Below, in pieces: positions 13,061 through 25,719 of a stretch of 64,000 nt of DNA. Numbering within the stretch: position 1 is the stretch's first letter; the number at the start of each line of letters is the position of its first letter. The DNA comes from Octopus sinensis. Lineage: Eukaryota. The position numbers were made by a program, and so were the translations under genes. The DNA lies in the NCBI RefSeq assembly GCF_006345805.1, contig NW_021832602.1:124001-188000 (forward strand), in the 5' to 3' direction. The notes below the pieces were generated by a model that searched no databases, had not been told where the DNA came from, and saw only the letters and a list, made by a program, of their open reading frames with translations.

Positions 13061-13290
13061 TTAATGTCAATAAAGTTATATTAAGAGAATTTTGAATAGC
13101 TGTCCATTTCAGGATTAAGATACCAATGGAGATTACAATCGGGAACGTCTTTTTACAGAGGGTCAAATCTTAGTGCTCGACATGTATCTTTTTCAAATTA
13201 TGTATTTATCTTTGTGACTAGCGCATCTAACACTAATAGAGCTAAAAAGTGGAACAAAGAAAAATTGGAACAAATAATCAGGTTAGTAAA

Positions 13291-14094
13291 TTAGAACACC
13301 GAAATTGTTAATTTAAGATAATCTTTTGGGCATAGAAGATTGCTGGGATTAGTGTATCGGCAGCGGTTGCAATCTATTGTGAGTAAACAAACACACCATA
13401 TGCTTGTGCTTTGATTATCATAGTCATTTCTACACTTTTGGTGTCTAATTCAATGGACAGCCAACTTGTTTCATTAGTCACTTTCGTAATCCTTATATGA
13501 GAATAATAAAGTATACATAGTGGGTTGAGACCCATTCGTGTATATGCACATTTTCGTTCTCTCAGTAATACTACACAATCAGTAATGTAAAATACTAAAG
13601 TTTGAGCGGACTAATGATTTTTGGTGGTAGAAAAATGGTATTTGATGGCATATAACTTTAATGTAAAAATAGGATTTGTACAGCTCTGTTAAAGTGCGTA
13701 GACTTGCAAAGGCATTTACATCAATGTAACGAAGATTACTGCATAAATAAAGTTTTCTAGTGATTTAAAATATTTGAATGTACATCGAGAATAAGCCAAT
13801 CACTCTATCAAATGAGTTGTTTAGTATTCTCTTTAACGAGTTTCCTCGACACTCACTGGTATTAATGAAATGTTATTACAATGATATCAAGTTGGGTAAA
13901 TTCGAAAATATTTCTTTATTTGGAAATTCAACGTAATCTTGAATTAGAAGGTATTCTGTATGTGTCGAAACGTGTTCTGTATTAAATGTACAGTTTTGTA
14001 ATTCAGTTTCATTAAAATTTTTCGAAAACCGTTCTGTTATATTACATTCGTTTTGGATCACAGAGCGAACAAAAAGTAGAACAAGTGGAACCAT
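13291..14094 (-). CDS. Secreted leucine-rich-repeat protein (~217 aa, 7 exons)
   Basis: Exons 14094-13880, 13855-13784, 13756-13682, 13655-13596, 13570-13517, 13491-13397 and 13373-13291, joined by 23-27-nt GT-AG introns, give a 654-nt open frame. Hydrophobic N-terminus; LRRs FSNLPNLISFECRGNSLKRI and NLRYIDVNAFASLRTLTELYM. The 3' end is less certain. Confidence 0.75.
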
Positions 14095-14142
14095 TCTAAA
14101 TATAGGTCATATTTTATTGTTAACAACTCATTGGTTAGACAT

Positions 14143-14622
14143 TTAATTGATAAATTTTTTAACTGTTTTTGTTAATATACAATAATAGTTTATTTTTAAC
14201 TGTTTTTTTAATTGAATATCTTTTAATAGTTCTCTGAACTGTAGAATTGGAAATTCCAACACATAATGATATTTTTCTTTGAGACATTCCAAGTTTATAC
14301 AGAGTGATAATTGAGGCACGGTTACCGAAACTAACACGAGGCATTTAACGAATGAAATATATATTGAGCATTAAAATATCAGATGAAGGTGTATTTAATA
14401 ATAATTAAAAAAAATTAATGAGTGGTCCTGAACATATGCACGGGTCAAAATTTATTGACTGCTAAAAATTCAATATTGTAAAATTTTATGGAAAAAGAAA
14501 AAGTACAAAAGTTATTTATTCATTTAATATTAAAATTTGTCTAAGAAAGTCAAGCCGTAGCTGCCAAATATATATAGAATTTAAAAATAATTGGGTGGTC
14601 CGGAACATTTGCACGGTACTGT
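14143..14622 (-). mobile_element. Tc1-like element 5' end with HTH remnant
   Basis: cagtaccgtgcaaatgttccggaccacc TIR with an inner direct repeat; MPRVS...GMSQRKISLCVGISNSTVQR. Confidence 0.7.
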
Positions 14623-14694
14623 ATATTACTTTACACATATATTCCGAGGCGTAATGACAACAAAAAATTTTTTTATTCGGATTGTATAAATATT

Positions 14695-15306
14695 TGCTGC
14701 CTTCTTAATGATGAAGCCGTAAGAATTGGAGTTTGTCTGCGCCTCGGTCTACGCGTTTATGCAAAACACCAATGCCGGTGCGGCGTGTGGACCGACGAGT
14801 TTGGATATCACTCCCTCTCATGTCGAAACGGAATTGGACGTTCCTCACGGCATTCCGAAGTGAACCAGATCATCTGTCGATCTCTTCGAACTGCTGGATT
14901 CCGCACACAATTGGAACCTGCAGGGATTTTTGTAGAGGACGGCAGAAGACCCGATGGGATGACCACATTTCCATTTCAGAGGGGAAAGTGTCTGATTTGG
15001 GACGTCACGTGCGTGAACTCCTTTTCCAACCAGAATATCAAGTTGTGTATTGAAAATCTGGGAGCCCCGTCTGAACGGGCTGAGAAGAGAAAGGGTGAGA
15101 AATACGCTGGAATTGGGAATGGCAGAGTGTTTGTCCCCCTGGCTGTTAAGACGTCAGGAATACAGGGACCTTCTACTCGGACCCTACTCCAGCGGATTGG
15201 CTCACTAATCGAAAGGGTTACTGGCGATCCGTGTGAGCACCGGTATTTAACCGAAAGAATATCTATAGCCATAGTCAGAGGCAATACTCTGGCTATCTGC
15301 CAATGA
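14695..15306 (+). mobile_element. 3' fragment of a CRE-clade non-LTR retrotransposon
   Basis: HSLSC...RHSEVN, RRPDGMTTFPFQRGKCLIWDVTC, FVPLAV.TSG, ISIAIVRGN. Confidence 0.8.
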
Positions 15307-16539
15307 CGATTTTTCTCTTGACCTAATTTGATTATAACTAATAAAATTCCAAAATTCCTAAAAAAATATTTTACCTCTGAAGCATTTCGAGTAATGACTG
15401 GATACTTCCATAAAATCCGTAAATAAATCATTTATAAATTGAACAAAAATTGGCTAACTCAATATTATTCATAAGATATCTGTAAATAAGCAAATTTGTG
15501 AAATTATTCAATAATAATTTGGTGAAAAGTACATTGCACGAATACATCTTCCAGCCTATAACTTTCTTCAATAATTACTCATTTGTGTTTCTAACATTGT
15601 TTTTGACAATTTGGTATTTATTGTAGTATCTACCAGAACCTCTAACAAATCATTAGATACTGCATTTTTCACTAATCATCAGTCGTTCATTGACAGAAAA
15701 TATATCAATATTGTCAATGGAGCTCAAAAAAAAACTCATCTTTGTCGTAAACTAGAATTTTCAGTTTCGTGCTGGACGTCGTATGCAATAAAGCGTGATC
15801 TAGACAGGCTATTTCCGTTTGGCGAGGGTTTCCTTACCGCGCAGTTTATCATCACTGAGTCATAGTCTGGCTATTTCAGAGTCCACGACTGAAAGTGTCA
15901 GTTGGAGGACTACAAGGAGGCACTGAGTCGCCTTCCTTTCTTTTTAATGTGCAATAAAGTCGATTATCTGTCGCTATCTCTGCCAAATTGGCTTTGCTGA
16001 CTAAATTAAGCTCCAAACTCTTTGCTTAATGTAGTGAAATACGTTTACACCAGTAAAACATGGCTTGCGAAAAGGCACAAATAAAGGTCACTAACCTACC
16101 TTACATAGTGAGATAGTGGTCACCTAACCAAAGAAGAACTGCGATCTGTTGCGCTTAACCAAGGGAATTAATTGACCCTACTTCTGTTGTACTCCATTGG
16201 GGGGAACATATTGTCCACACCCTTCCTCAAACACATCAATTCGTCATATTACTTAAAATGACAACGCCAGGGGACCAAGTCTACTGAGTGTCGGCAAAGT
16301 CAAAGAGAGGACCTGTAAAATAAACCATGGTCATTTAGTATGTTCCACAGCGTTTAATGTTCTTGGGTGAATTGGGTCCTTCTCTTTGGAAACTCTTGGT
16401 CACAAGAAGGAACCCACAATCAGAGTAACCTATCTTGGCTAGCCAGTTAATGACCATCTAACAAGAGTGTGATCTATGCCTTTAACTAAACTACTCAGTG
16501 ACTAGAAATGGTCACCCAACCAAATAGGTGATTAACTGA

Positions 16540-16979
16540 AAATGGCATTTGATGGCATTGCGATAATATTTTCAACCCCGAATATGGGCCAATCGTAAAA
16601 GTTCACATTTTCTTCCTGCTCCACAACTAATTCCAATATTATGAATAGGAGCATTGTCAATTATAAATGGAGATCTTGTACGCCTGAAGACCTGCATTCA
16701 TTAATTAACTCTTTCATCCATTTACAGTCTTCTCCTCTGTAAGAACCTCTTTTGCATTGAAAATTAAGCAATGTTGTACATTGCACTTATACAATGTAGG
16801 TTAGAGCCTCTCGAATTTGTAATAATGGCAAAAGAACGAGATCCTATTTTTGATCGTCCTTCTTTTCTCTTACAATATAAATTAAAATTAAATTCATCCA
16901 TCCAAATTAAAGTTCTTCAAACATTTGTTCATTATTTTCAGGTGAATTTAAGTTTGTAATAAACTAATTGAAAATGGTA
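16540..16979 (-). mobile_element. IS630/Tc1-like remnant
   Basis: FIIDNAPIH motif on the minus strand; terminus gaaaatggta matches the reverse complement of the TIR start at 17672. Confidence 0.55.
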
Positions 16980-17285
16980 TAGAAATGGTCACCCAACCAA
17001 ATGGGTGATTAACTGAGAGAGGATATCCACCTGGTGATGTAAGCAGGGTAATTAATTCTCATCCAGGAGGCCAACACGCCCCCATAGGAGCCTACAAAGA
17101 CAATTACTTGTGTTTTGGAGGGAATAAATAGTCAATTAAACTGACGTAGTATAACATGAAGTGATCCACCTGACATGTAAAGGTAGGTAAGCATGCCAAT
17201 GTCTAAATTACGTAATTGCCTAATCGACCCTTCAACAAGACTGGGGAATTTTTATTGGTTGTTTTGAGTGAAAATAATTGAAGGG

Positions 17286-17670
17286 TTAGTAAGAGGCCAT
17301 GTCACGAGTGGGCTTAAATATAATGAAAAGTGGCTACTCGTTTGGACTGACTGGAGACCGAGTTGAGCCTACGAGCCTCCCAGTCCTCATTGGTCGAGTA
17401 AATCTAATTGAGTGAACGTGCATACATTTTCCAAATCATTCAATTTACAACGAATTCTGTGAAGGTGTTGGATGGACTGTTCTCTTCCCTTCCTAATGGA
17501 CAGTCCACACTCACTTATCCTCTCACACACGTCCTGGAAGGCAATCTCCTCTCTAGGACATGCCCGCAGTTGACTGTCCTTAGACTCCATTTGCCACTCT
17601 GCCACACCTCACTACAAATCCTACCCAGGCTGGCAATCCTACTGTCCTACAAATGTGACCAATGCCTACT
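17286..17670 (-). pseudogene. 3' part of an uncharacterised intron-containing gene (paralogous to ~54880-55242)
   Basis: Introns 17404-17425 and 17313-17337 give ...RIRCKLNDLEN|IYSTNEDWEARRLNSVSSQSKR|PTRDMASY*. Differences from the second copy include synonymous changes. Confidence 0.55.
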
Positions 17671-17671
17671 A

Positions 17672-18476
17672 TACCATTTTCAGTTCAAGTTTGACATTTT
17701 TTGCACCAATTTTGACAATGCGATATTCAAATTTGACAATGCGACATTCAATTTTTGAACTGTTCCTCGATCCTCCTCTCGGCTGCGGTTCCGCCTCTTA
17801 ATTAGTGATTTCTTTACCTTATAAACCATAACTTGATCCATGTTAAAAAAATAGCGAATACATTTTGACACTTTTGCATCAATTTTGACTTTTGCCGATT
17901 TGTCATTTATTTTATATTTTCTGATTCGTATCTTTGTAAACTTGGAGGTAGAAGGGATGCTACGATAAAACTTACGGATGATGATATGAATTTGATAATT
18001 GAAACAATTGAGAATAATCCATCGATAACATTGAAGGAATTACGAAAATTGGTAAATAATAAAGTTTGTATTGCGACAATATATAACCGACTTGATGGGC
18101 GATACCTACAAAATGCTGCGAAGAGAACCAATTTCTAGGAATAGTCCGGAAAATATAGAAAAAATAAAAATATTTTCATTGGATTATCAACGTAATACAA
18201 ATAGAAAAATACATTTGGGCGAAACAAATTTTAATCTTTTTACGTTAAAAAAATTCGGCCGATCCTTTATAGGATCACGTGCGATAGTTCCAGTAAGGGC
18301 AAGCAAAGGAGTGAATCTTAACGTTATTTTGGCAATTGATGACAGTGGAACAATTGTGAGATTTGAATCACACATTGGATTTATACAATCGAAATTTTGC
18401 AATTTTATGACGGCATTATCTGACAACAAGTTGTTCAATAAAAGTTATTCTAAGTTTCGTTGGAAAATGTGTTCAT
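17672..18476 (+). mobile_element. IS630/Tc1-like transposon remnant, truncated by a LINE
   Basis: TIR-like start ccattttcagtt with ttgacaatgcg repeats; IENNPSITLKEL, GETNFNLF, NLNVILAI. Confidence 0.65.
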
Positions 18477-21400
18477 AATCGCGTTAGCTCAATAATCCTC
18501 GTCTCCTGGAATTTTTCTCCTCTTGTGAGAGCTTTCCACCAACGCACCATCAGCACTTTCATTCTCCGAACACAAGATTTTCCGTTTACTTCATCCGAAG
18601 GGTCCTCGCAAGATTGATTTGCCACTTCAGCCAACTGACTGGTTGCCGTAATGAATTCCTTTTGAGACGTATGGATTCCATGCCTATGTCCACCACAATT
18701 GCCTCCAATGCTTCTCATGACAAGTCCCTGAATGTACGTTCTTGTCGGGCCTTCAACGGATAACTTCTCCATATAGGCTTTGTAACACGTTGAAACCCCC
18801 ATCCCACGTCAGCACAATCGGAATAATTCGGACTGGTGCCCCGTAAAGCAGGTGTTCTCAACCGGGGGCGAATCGCCCCCCCTAGGGGCGAAAATTTTGT
18901 ACAAGGGGGCGATAATTTTTTACAGGGGGGCGATAATATATTTAATAAAATATTCGAATTTTAATATAATACAAGTATTTATACATGTTAATTTTAATAA
19001 TGTTTCAGATTTATTAATATTTTTTCTATAGTGTTTATCCTTAAATTTTATATTTAAAGTAGCACGCTGTTTTTACATTCTTGTTTGGTATCTAAGATGT
19101 CTTCTTGCTCAAATAAGAAAAGTCGTCATTATCAAAACGAATATTTAAAATATGGGTTTATTCAAAGTACTGAAGATACAAAACAGCCTTATTGTCTTAT
19201 TTGTCAATGTTCTTTCTCAAATGAGGCGATGAAGCCATCACGATTACAGGATCATTAAAACGCAAGCACCCGGATTAAATGTCAAAGCTGATTGAATATT
19301 TTCAAAATTTAAAATACAATTTTGAAAATAAGAAAACGATCAAATCGTTATTCACAAAGCCAGTACATGATGGTTATTTAACATTTATTTATATGTAGTT
19401 GTGGGTGCGCACATCGCTTCTTATAAAATTGCTAAAATTATTGCGAAAACTTCCAGTTCTCATACTATCGCAGAAATCTCATACTATCGCAGAAAATGCG
19501 GATATATCTCTTAGATTCAAAGATTTGTTTGATTTGGAATTTGAAGCATGGATGATTGATCCGTTTTCATGTGTGCCAGAAGATATGAACGAAACAATCC
19601 AAGAAGAGATAATTGAATTGAAATATAATGAAGAATATTTTCACAGATTTCAACAGGATGGTATCTCTAAATTTTGGCAATCAAAAGATCTACAAATGAA
19701 ATTTCCAAATTTATGGAAGGAAATGAGTAATGTACTATTGACATTCCCTACCACTTATTTAGTTGAAAGTAATTTAGTTTTGTCAATCATAATACACAAT
19801 GTGAAAGAAATAGACTGGAAGTGTGTTATAGAGGCGATATACGCCTAAAGTTGAGCAGAATTAAACCCGACATAGAATATTTAGCGAGTAAACATCAATA
19901 TCAAGGGTCTCACTAATAATTTTTAATAAAAATTCAATTTTTTACATTTGATTTATTATTTATATTTTGATTTTGAGTTATATACAAAAACAACCAATTA
20001 AGGGACAATGCCCAAAAATTTTTAAATTGTATGTGGACAAGGGGGCGATAAAATTTCAAAGGGGGGCGACAAAATATCTAAGGGGGCGATGAACAAAAAA
20101 AGGTTGAGAATGCCTGCCGTAAAGCATCTTTAGTTCTCCAGCCAGCAAATCGTATTTATGCAATTTCTCAACTTCGGTTTGTTTGAGTCTCTCCTGCGAT
20201 GTAATCCCCACCTCAATTATGGTGATCTCATTCTTCAATCTGTCATAGATAAAGATATCTGGCTTATTGAACTGAACTTGCGTATCAGTTAATATTGGTG
20301 TATCTACTCTTATCTCAAAATTTCGAGTCGATAAACTAGACTGTACTGAATAAGACTTTAGTTTCACAGTTTTCTTTATTCCAAACTGTCTGCATACGTG
20401 CAAATGGATGCATCTCACTACCTCATTGTGCCTTCTCGCATAGTCACTGTTTAGCATTCTGTTGTACCGTGTAGCCATGTGGTCTACTTTCTTTTTAGTT
20501 TTTTGCAATGATCACACAGCGCACCACGCGCAGAAGAAAAAAAACAAATTTCTATCTTGCAAGAGGCAATACAAAGCTTCACTCCTTGGTGTATTGTTCC
20601 CTTTGTACAGCCACTCGCTAGACATTTTGAGGTCGGAGTTAGAGTCTTCTTTAAACCTGAACAGGATAGAATGGAGTGACTTGTTCTTTATTTTGTTGGA
20701 CAAATATTGTACATGAGCCTCTCTCAGAGATTTGTCAGTGATAGATTGTTTATCAGTCAATCCGTATTTAGAGGCAAGAAATCCTGCGATTGTCGCCATA
20801 TGCGGTTTTTCTTTTTTAATAACCCGCAGGATCCCCGACCTCCTAAGGCAGATAGCCGACTTCTCCAAGGTTTCCGGAACATGGAGCAGCATTAGTTCAC
20901 TTTTAAAAGCAATTGATGTCAACCCCCTTCCCATGCTCTTTTTTGAGAGGTATAGCCGCTCTTTATTGGCTGGCTTCAGGTGTATTTTCAGTGTTGTAAG
21001 TAATCTTCGTATTTGGAGATCAATATCGTCAAATTCGAAAGGTTCAATATTGATTAGCCCAATGTAGTAATTATATAAAGACAGGGCATACTCGTTGATT
21101 GCTTTGAAGAGGTTCGCTGAGTTTAGTTTTGTCTTTGGTAATCCAGTAACTCTTTTTTTAACATTCTCGAGAATTGTCTCCAACACTTTTTGTTTTTGTA
21201 CATTGCTTCCCCGGTCTTCAAGCACTCCTAGGTTCCATTCCATCCAGAGTTCTGCAGCTCTCCAATGATTCTAGATTAGTCGCAGACTTCTGAGAGTTCA
21301 TTTCAAGCCCCGCAACCTCAAAGTACTCAACAATAATATCCATCATTTTAATGACAGTTTCTTCTTTCTGTGCAAGAATCTTTAGGTCGTCAACAAAAAA

Positions 21401-22022
21401 TAGGTGGTTCGTAGAGTATGCCAACATACTGGGGTCTTCCTGACCAATCCACAGCTTGGGAAATTTGGAATTAAGTATTCTGCTCAGTGGATCTATTACC
21501 AGTACGAACAATTGCGGGGATAAGGCGTCTCCTTGTAGAATTCCACAATTCAATTTAACAGCCCCAATTCTCTTTCTCCCAAAGTGAAGGCAAACTGTCC
21601 ACCTCTCCACCAGGCTTTTTATAAAGTTGATTATCCATAAGGGAATTCCCGAGCAGTCCAACACATGAAACAGGAATTCGTGATCCACCGAATCAAAGGC
21701 TTTCTTAACATCCACCCATGATGCACAGAGATTATTGCCATATTCTCGATTATGCACTGATTGATAAGGGCTTGTTCCTTAGCACCCTGACATTGTCTCC
21801 TCGTTCCCAATTGATTTTCAGAGACCAAACCGAACGCATCCACATAGTCAGAGAGTTTGATGTTTACACATTTTGTCACAAGTTTATAGAGAGCAGGCAT
21901 GCACGTTATTGGGCGCAAATCACGGGGATTTTCACAAACTTCTTTTTTCGGAATCATGTAAGTGACGCCCGTATAGAACCAGTCTTCAGGGATGTGTTCC
22001 TTATTTTTGCAGGCGGGTAATA
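18476..22022 (-). mobile_element. R4/Dong-like LINE (RT + RLE), frameshifted and interrupted by a hAT
   Basis: LRPITCMP, WVDVKKAFDSV, GILQGDALSPQLF, FFVDDLK, RRHNEVV, NKPDIFI, KYDLLA. The frame continues across the hAT insertion (MLYG|APVRIIP). Confidence 0.9.
18849..20116 (+). mobile_element. Internally deleted hAT (Buster-like)
   Basis: TIR caggtgttctcaacc...ggttgagaatgcctg; TSD ccgtaaag; gggggcga subterminal repeats. BED finger fused to the C-terminal domain; 26-nt intron at 19373-19398. Confidence 0.92.
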
Positions 22023-22420
22023 TCAATTTTTCTCTAATAGTCTGATTCTTACGGTTTTGGATATGAGCTCGGCAACGAGGTAACTAGCTTCTAAAGCTCT
22101 TTGAGAAAAGTGAAGTGTTTTAACGAATGTGGCACTGTAAGTCTCCGGGGATTTTAACATGTTCTTGAAATATGATGATTTCTTATCTCTTAAAGAAAAG
22201 TGCATAGTGGCTAAATGCCTTTTCATCTTAGAAGGGACCATCCCATCATTTGAAAGAATTTTACTGCATACAATACACCTTGGTAGTGGCAATGCACAAT
22301 CTCCATTCCATGTGAATCCATAATTCAAATATTTTTCAGAATAAATTCGTATTTTTTTGTTTTTTTATTGGCCGAAGATTGAGGAGGATGTGAACCACCA
22401 AAAAAATTGCTCATAACTAA
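22023..22420 (-). mobile_element. hAT transposase N-terminal (BED) remnant
   Basis: YGFTW...PRCIVCSKILSNDGMVPSKMKRHL. Confidence 0.7.
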
Positions 22421-22539
22421 CTATTTTAATTTTAAAATTTTTCAAGTTTTTTTAATTGAATTAAAATATTATTATACAACTATAAAAGTCAACTGTTCTT
22501 AAGAGGACTCAGTCAACTGTTCTTAATTTTTCTAAATGA

Positions 22540-23986
22540 CAACGGCCGTGCATTGAAGAACACGCCTGCCAAACTATACTCCCGGGTACTTGCCAAAATC
22601 AATGGCCTAAACCAGGGGTCGGCAAAAGCAGGCTCGCGAGCCTTTAAAGGCTCTTTAACTCTTACGGTAGACTCTTTCAATTTTTAACTATTTTTTTAAT
22701 AAATGATTTCAATTTTAACTATTTTTTTTTTTGTTAATAACAAAAAATCTTTGCACGTTTAACATTAATTTTTTGTGGTACATCGATATATGCCTAGCAA
22801 TAAAAAAATTAATAAAAAAATCGATAATGCGCGATATTTTCAATCAAAATGGACTGAAACTGTTGCATTCACGTCTAATTCAGAACAACTACCGAAATGT
22901 CTCATTTGCCAGGAAAGTTTGAATCAAAATAAAAAGTCAAATTTAGAGAGACACTTTAACACAAAACACTCAAATTTCGCAAAAAAATATCCAATTGGTG
23001 ATTCCCGAAAGAAAGCTGTAGAAGAACTTGCAAAAAATAATCAGATTAAGAATTCCGCTTTTAAATATTGGTATCACAATGCCAGGACTGCAAATATTGC
23101 CAGTTTTTTGATAAGCCACGAGATCGCAAAAAGAGAGAAAACAATTACCGATGGCGAATTTATAAAGGCATGTTTCATTAAAAATTTGCATACGGAATTT
23201 TGACAATATTCGGGTCCACTTATATGTGTGAACAAAGTTTTTCTCATATGAATTACATACAATCGAAATTAAGGAACAAAATTACAGATTCGAATTTGGA
23301 ATCTTATTTCAGATTAAAATTAACGACTTACGACCCAGACATTAACCAACTCTCCAAAGAAATGAGGAATCACATTTCTCATTAATGCGTCTAATTAATT
23401 TAATTTTTTAAAATGAATTCTTAATTATTTTTTAAATTAATGTCTATTTAATTTTATGAATTTAAATTTTTGACAAGTGGTAAAAGGTGGCTCTTCAATT
23501 TTTCGAAATTTCCAAAAATGTTCAAAATTGGCTCTTCTCCAAAAGTATTTGCCGACCCCTGGCCTAAACCAATGTTCACAGCCAATGAAAAAAATCCACG
23601 ACTTCATTTCAACGTCGTCCATTCTAAGGCTGAAGCCTAACTCTGTCCTCAACAAACTCCCTCCGGAAGTTCACCCCTCCGAATTGCTTCTGGAGCGTTC
23701 CGCTCAGATCAACCTTGCTCGTTTCCGCTCGGGCCACCACCACTCACTAAACTCCTACGCTCACTCATTGAACGCCGTGATCTCCCCGGTATGCAACCTC
23801 TGCTGTGCCGAAGATCACTCAACTGACCACCTTTTCCGCTGCCCTGTTCTCCTCCCTGTCCGCAGGAAATTTGCTGTCCACTCCCCCGAGGTCCTTTGGA
23901 GCAACCGCGAAGGCGCTGTCGTTTCTGCTAGCCGCCGGTCTCATACCCTAATGTGAGACCGGGTTATGCAACAACAACAACAACAA
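22540..23986 (+). mobile_element. 3' end of an APE-type LINE (I/Jockey/Nimb-like) with a (CAA)n tail, interrupted by the 22613 hAT
   Basis: LARFRSGHH..LNSY...CNLC....HSTDHLFRCP zinc knuckle; (caa)6 tail at ~23969-23986. Confidence 0.75.
22613..23561 (+). mobile_element. Non-autonomous hAT (SPIN/GTF2IRD2-like)
   Basis: TIR caggggtcggcaaa...tttgccgacccctg; TSD gcctaaac; BED finger plus FGSTYMCEQSFS. Same family as 51302-54600. Confidence 0.92.
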
Positions 23987-24104
23987 TTTTTAATTATAAA
24001 CTGAAGATCAAAACTAATAACCCAATCAATAAAAATATAGATCCAGTCATTCAAACTTTCTGTGACCTTCTTGTAAAAATTAAACCACCTTCTTGTAAAA
24101 ATTA

Positions 24105-24375
24105 AACCACGTTGGGAACGTGACCTGTGTAGATTCTTTTTCCGAGACGCTTTTGCCCTGGACAGCATGTTCTCCAGGATACACATGCGCGCTTGCGGAG
24201 GAGAGGAAGAAGTCGAAATACGTACTCCTTTCTGGCGCTTACGAGTTCGTCCGCATTGCTTTTGAGACCACTGGCGTGATCGGTAAGGAGGCCGAGAGGT
24301 TATTGCATATGCTCGGCGATAAAATTGCTTTGAAGACCCATGACCGGAACAAGGCGAGCTGGCTCTTCCAGCCAC
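24105..24375 (+). mobile_element. CRE-like LINE fragment
   Basis: W.VTCVDSFS, KKSKY, IAFETTG, ASWLFQ. Confidence 0.65.
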
Positions 24376-24419
24376 AAGTTAAGACTTACCGACTTACCTG
24401 CCACCCAGACATTATCTTT

Positions 24420-25662
24420 TTAAGGACCTAAGGGAGGCCTTTGAGGGACAATTCCTGGGAGTCCGAGAGCTCCTCTCAACATCCTAAGAGATGGGCTTCT
24501 GACTTTCTTGAGTGCGTCAACGTACTTCTCCCTGTCTTCACAGAAGTGCCAGGCATGAACGCCATAGGTCAACACGGGTAACACCATGGCGTTAAACACG
24601 CGTAGCCAAGCACCTCTCCGCAGTCGGAAAGCACGCAACGCGCCTAATCGCTGCATTGCACGCATTTTCGTACGTGCAATGTGATAATCAAACTTACCGG
24701 ACGGCTTAAAGAGCACGCCCAAATAAGTCATCCGATCAACTGCAGCAATTGCTGACCCGTTCAGCAATAACCTAGGGACATAATTAGTGTAACCCCTCGT
24801 CCTTTTACAGACTTTGAGTACACTGCACTTGTCCGCACGCGTCTTTACCCCTACTCCCACACCAGTTTACAAGTCCATCCACAGGAACCTGTAGCCTACG
24901 ACTCGCACAATAAGGTTTCATCGAGTGATCTCAGAGGATGATGTAGTATGCATAAATTACCATTTCAGTACGAGCATTGACTGGCATGGGCGCAGATGCC
25001 ATAAAGACATTAAAAGCGTGGGACTCAGCACAGAGCCCTAAGGGACCCCGCGAAGGACTGTTCTGACTTTAGAAAAGACCCCCAGATGCCGCACGACCTG
25101 TCCGCGAGATTCAAGGAACCCCGACAGCCAGCGCCTTAGACACGGAGAAACCCCACACGTGGCGAGGGAGCTCCGGAGGCCGTCGTGCCATACCGAGTCG
25201 AAAGCCTTTTCAATGTCAAGACTAACTAACATACCGCACTCTTTCTTCTGAAGGGCCCACTTCATCTCAGAAAACACCTTCCGTAAGCAGTCTCCACACG
25301 AACGACCCTCCCTGAAGCCCCATTGGAACTCGGGGAGGGCATCAGCCACCGTCAGCTCCTCCAGGAGCCTCATGAGACATCCTGGGTTTTCGATAAGAAT
25401 TACCTCAGCCACTTTCCATCTAGAGGGAATCATCCCAAGTCGCAAGCTCCCGCTAAACAAGACCTGTAAGGCGGTGATCAACAAAGGCGGGGCCTTCTTA
25501 AAGATGGCCATAGGGATCCGATCCAGATCCGCCGCAGTGTTCTTACTTCGGGAGATCGCTGCCAAAATCTCCGCTTCGGAAATATCGCCTGCATCGTTCC
25601 TTGATATGCCCAGCTGGCAGCGCTTGTCACACGACAATATCTGCTGGACAGTATCAAAGATC
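24420..25662 (-). mobile_element. Jockey-like LINE RT fragment, same family as 60600-63604
   Basis: QWGFREGRSC, LDIEKAFDSVWH, GVP*GSVLSP, TYLGV. 25350-25660 is nearly identical to 63225-63604 apart from a deletion. Confidence 0.85.
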
Positions 25663-25719
25663 TCTCCAGTTGTTTTAGATTTTATTATGATCGCCCCGGA
25701 TGGTAGAATTTCCACCACT

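Noticed and set aside
17335-17400. Hairpin/ribozyme-like conserved segment (tactcg...gactgg...ccagtc...cgagta) shared with 55146-55202
   Set aside because: There is no hammerhead core (CUGANGA/GAAA). The conservation is better explained as an exon between two micro-introns with synonymous changes.
18860-18935. CRISPR-like spaced short repeats (gggggcga; also gggcctg at 2170-2245 and gcgcccc at 54050-54100)
   Set aside because: These are hAT subterminal transposase-binding repeats next to TIRs; there is no spacer structure and no cas genes.
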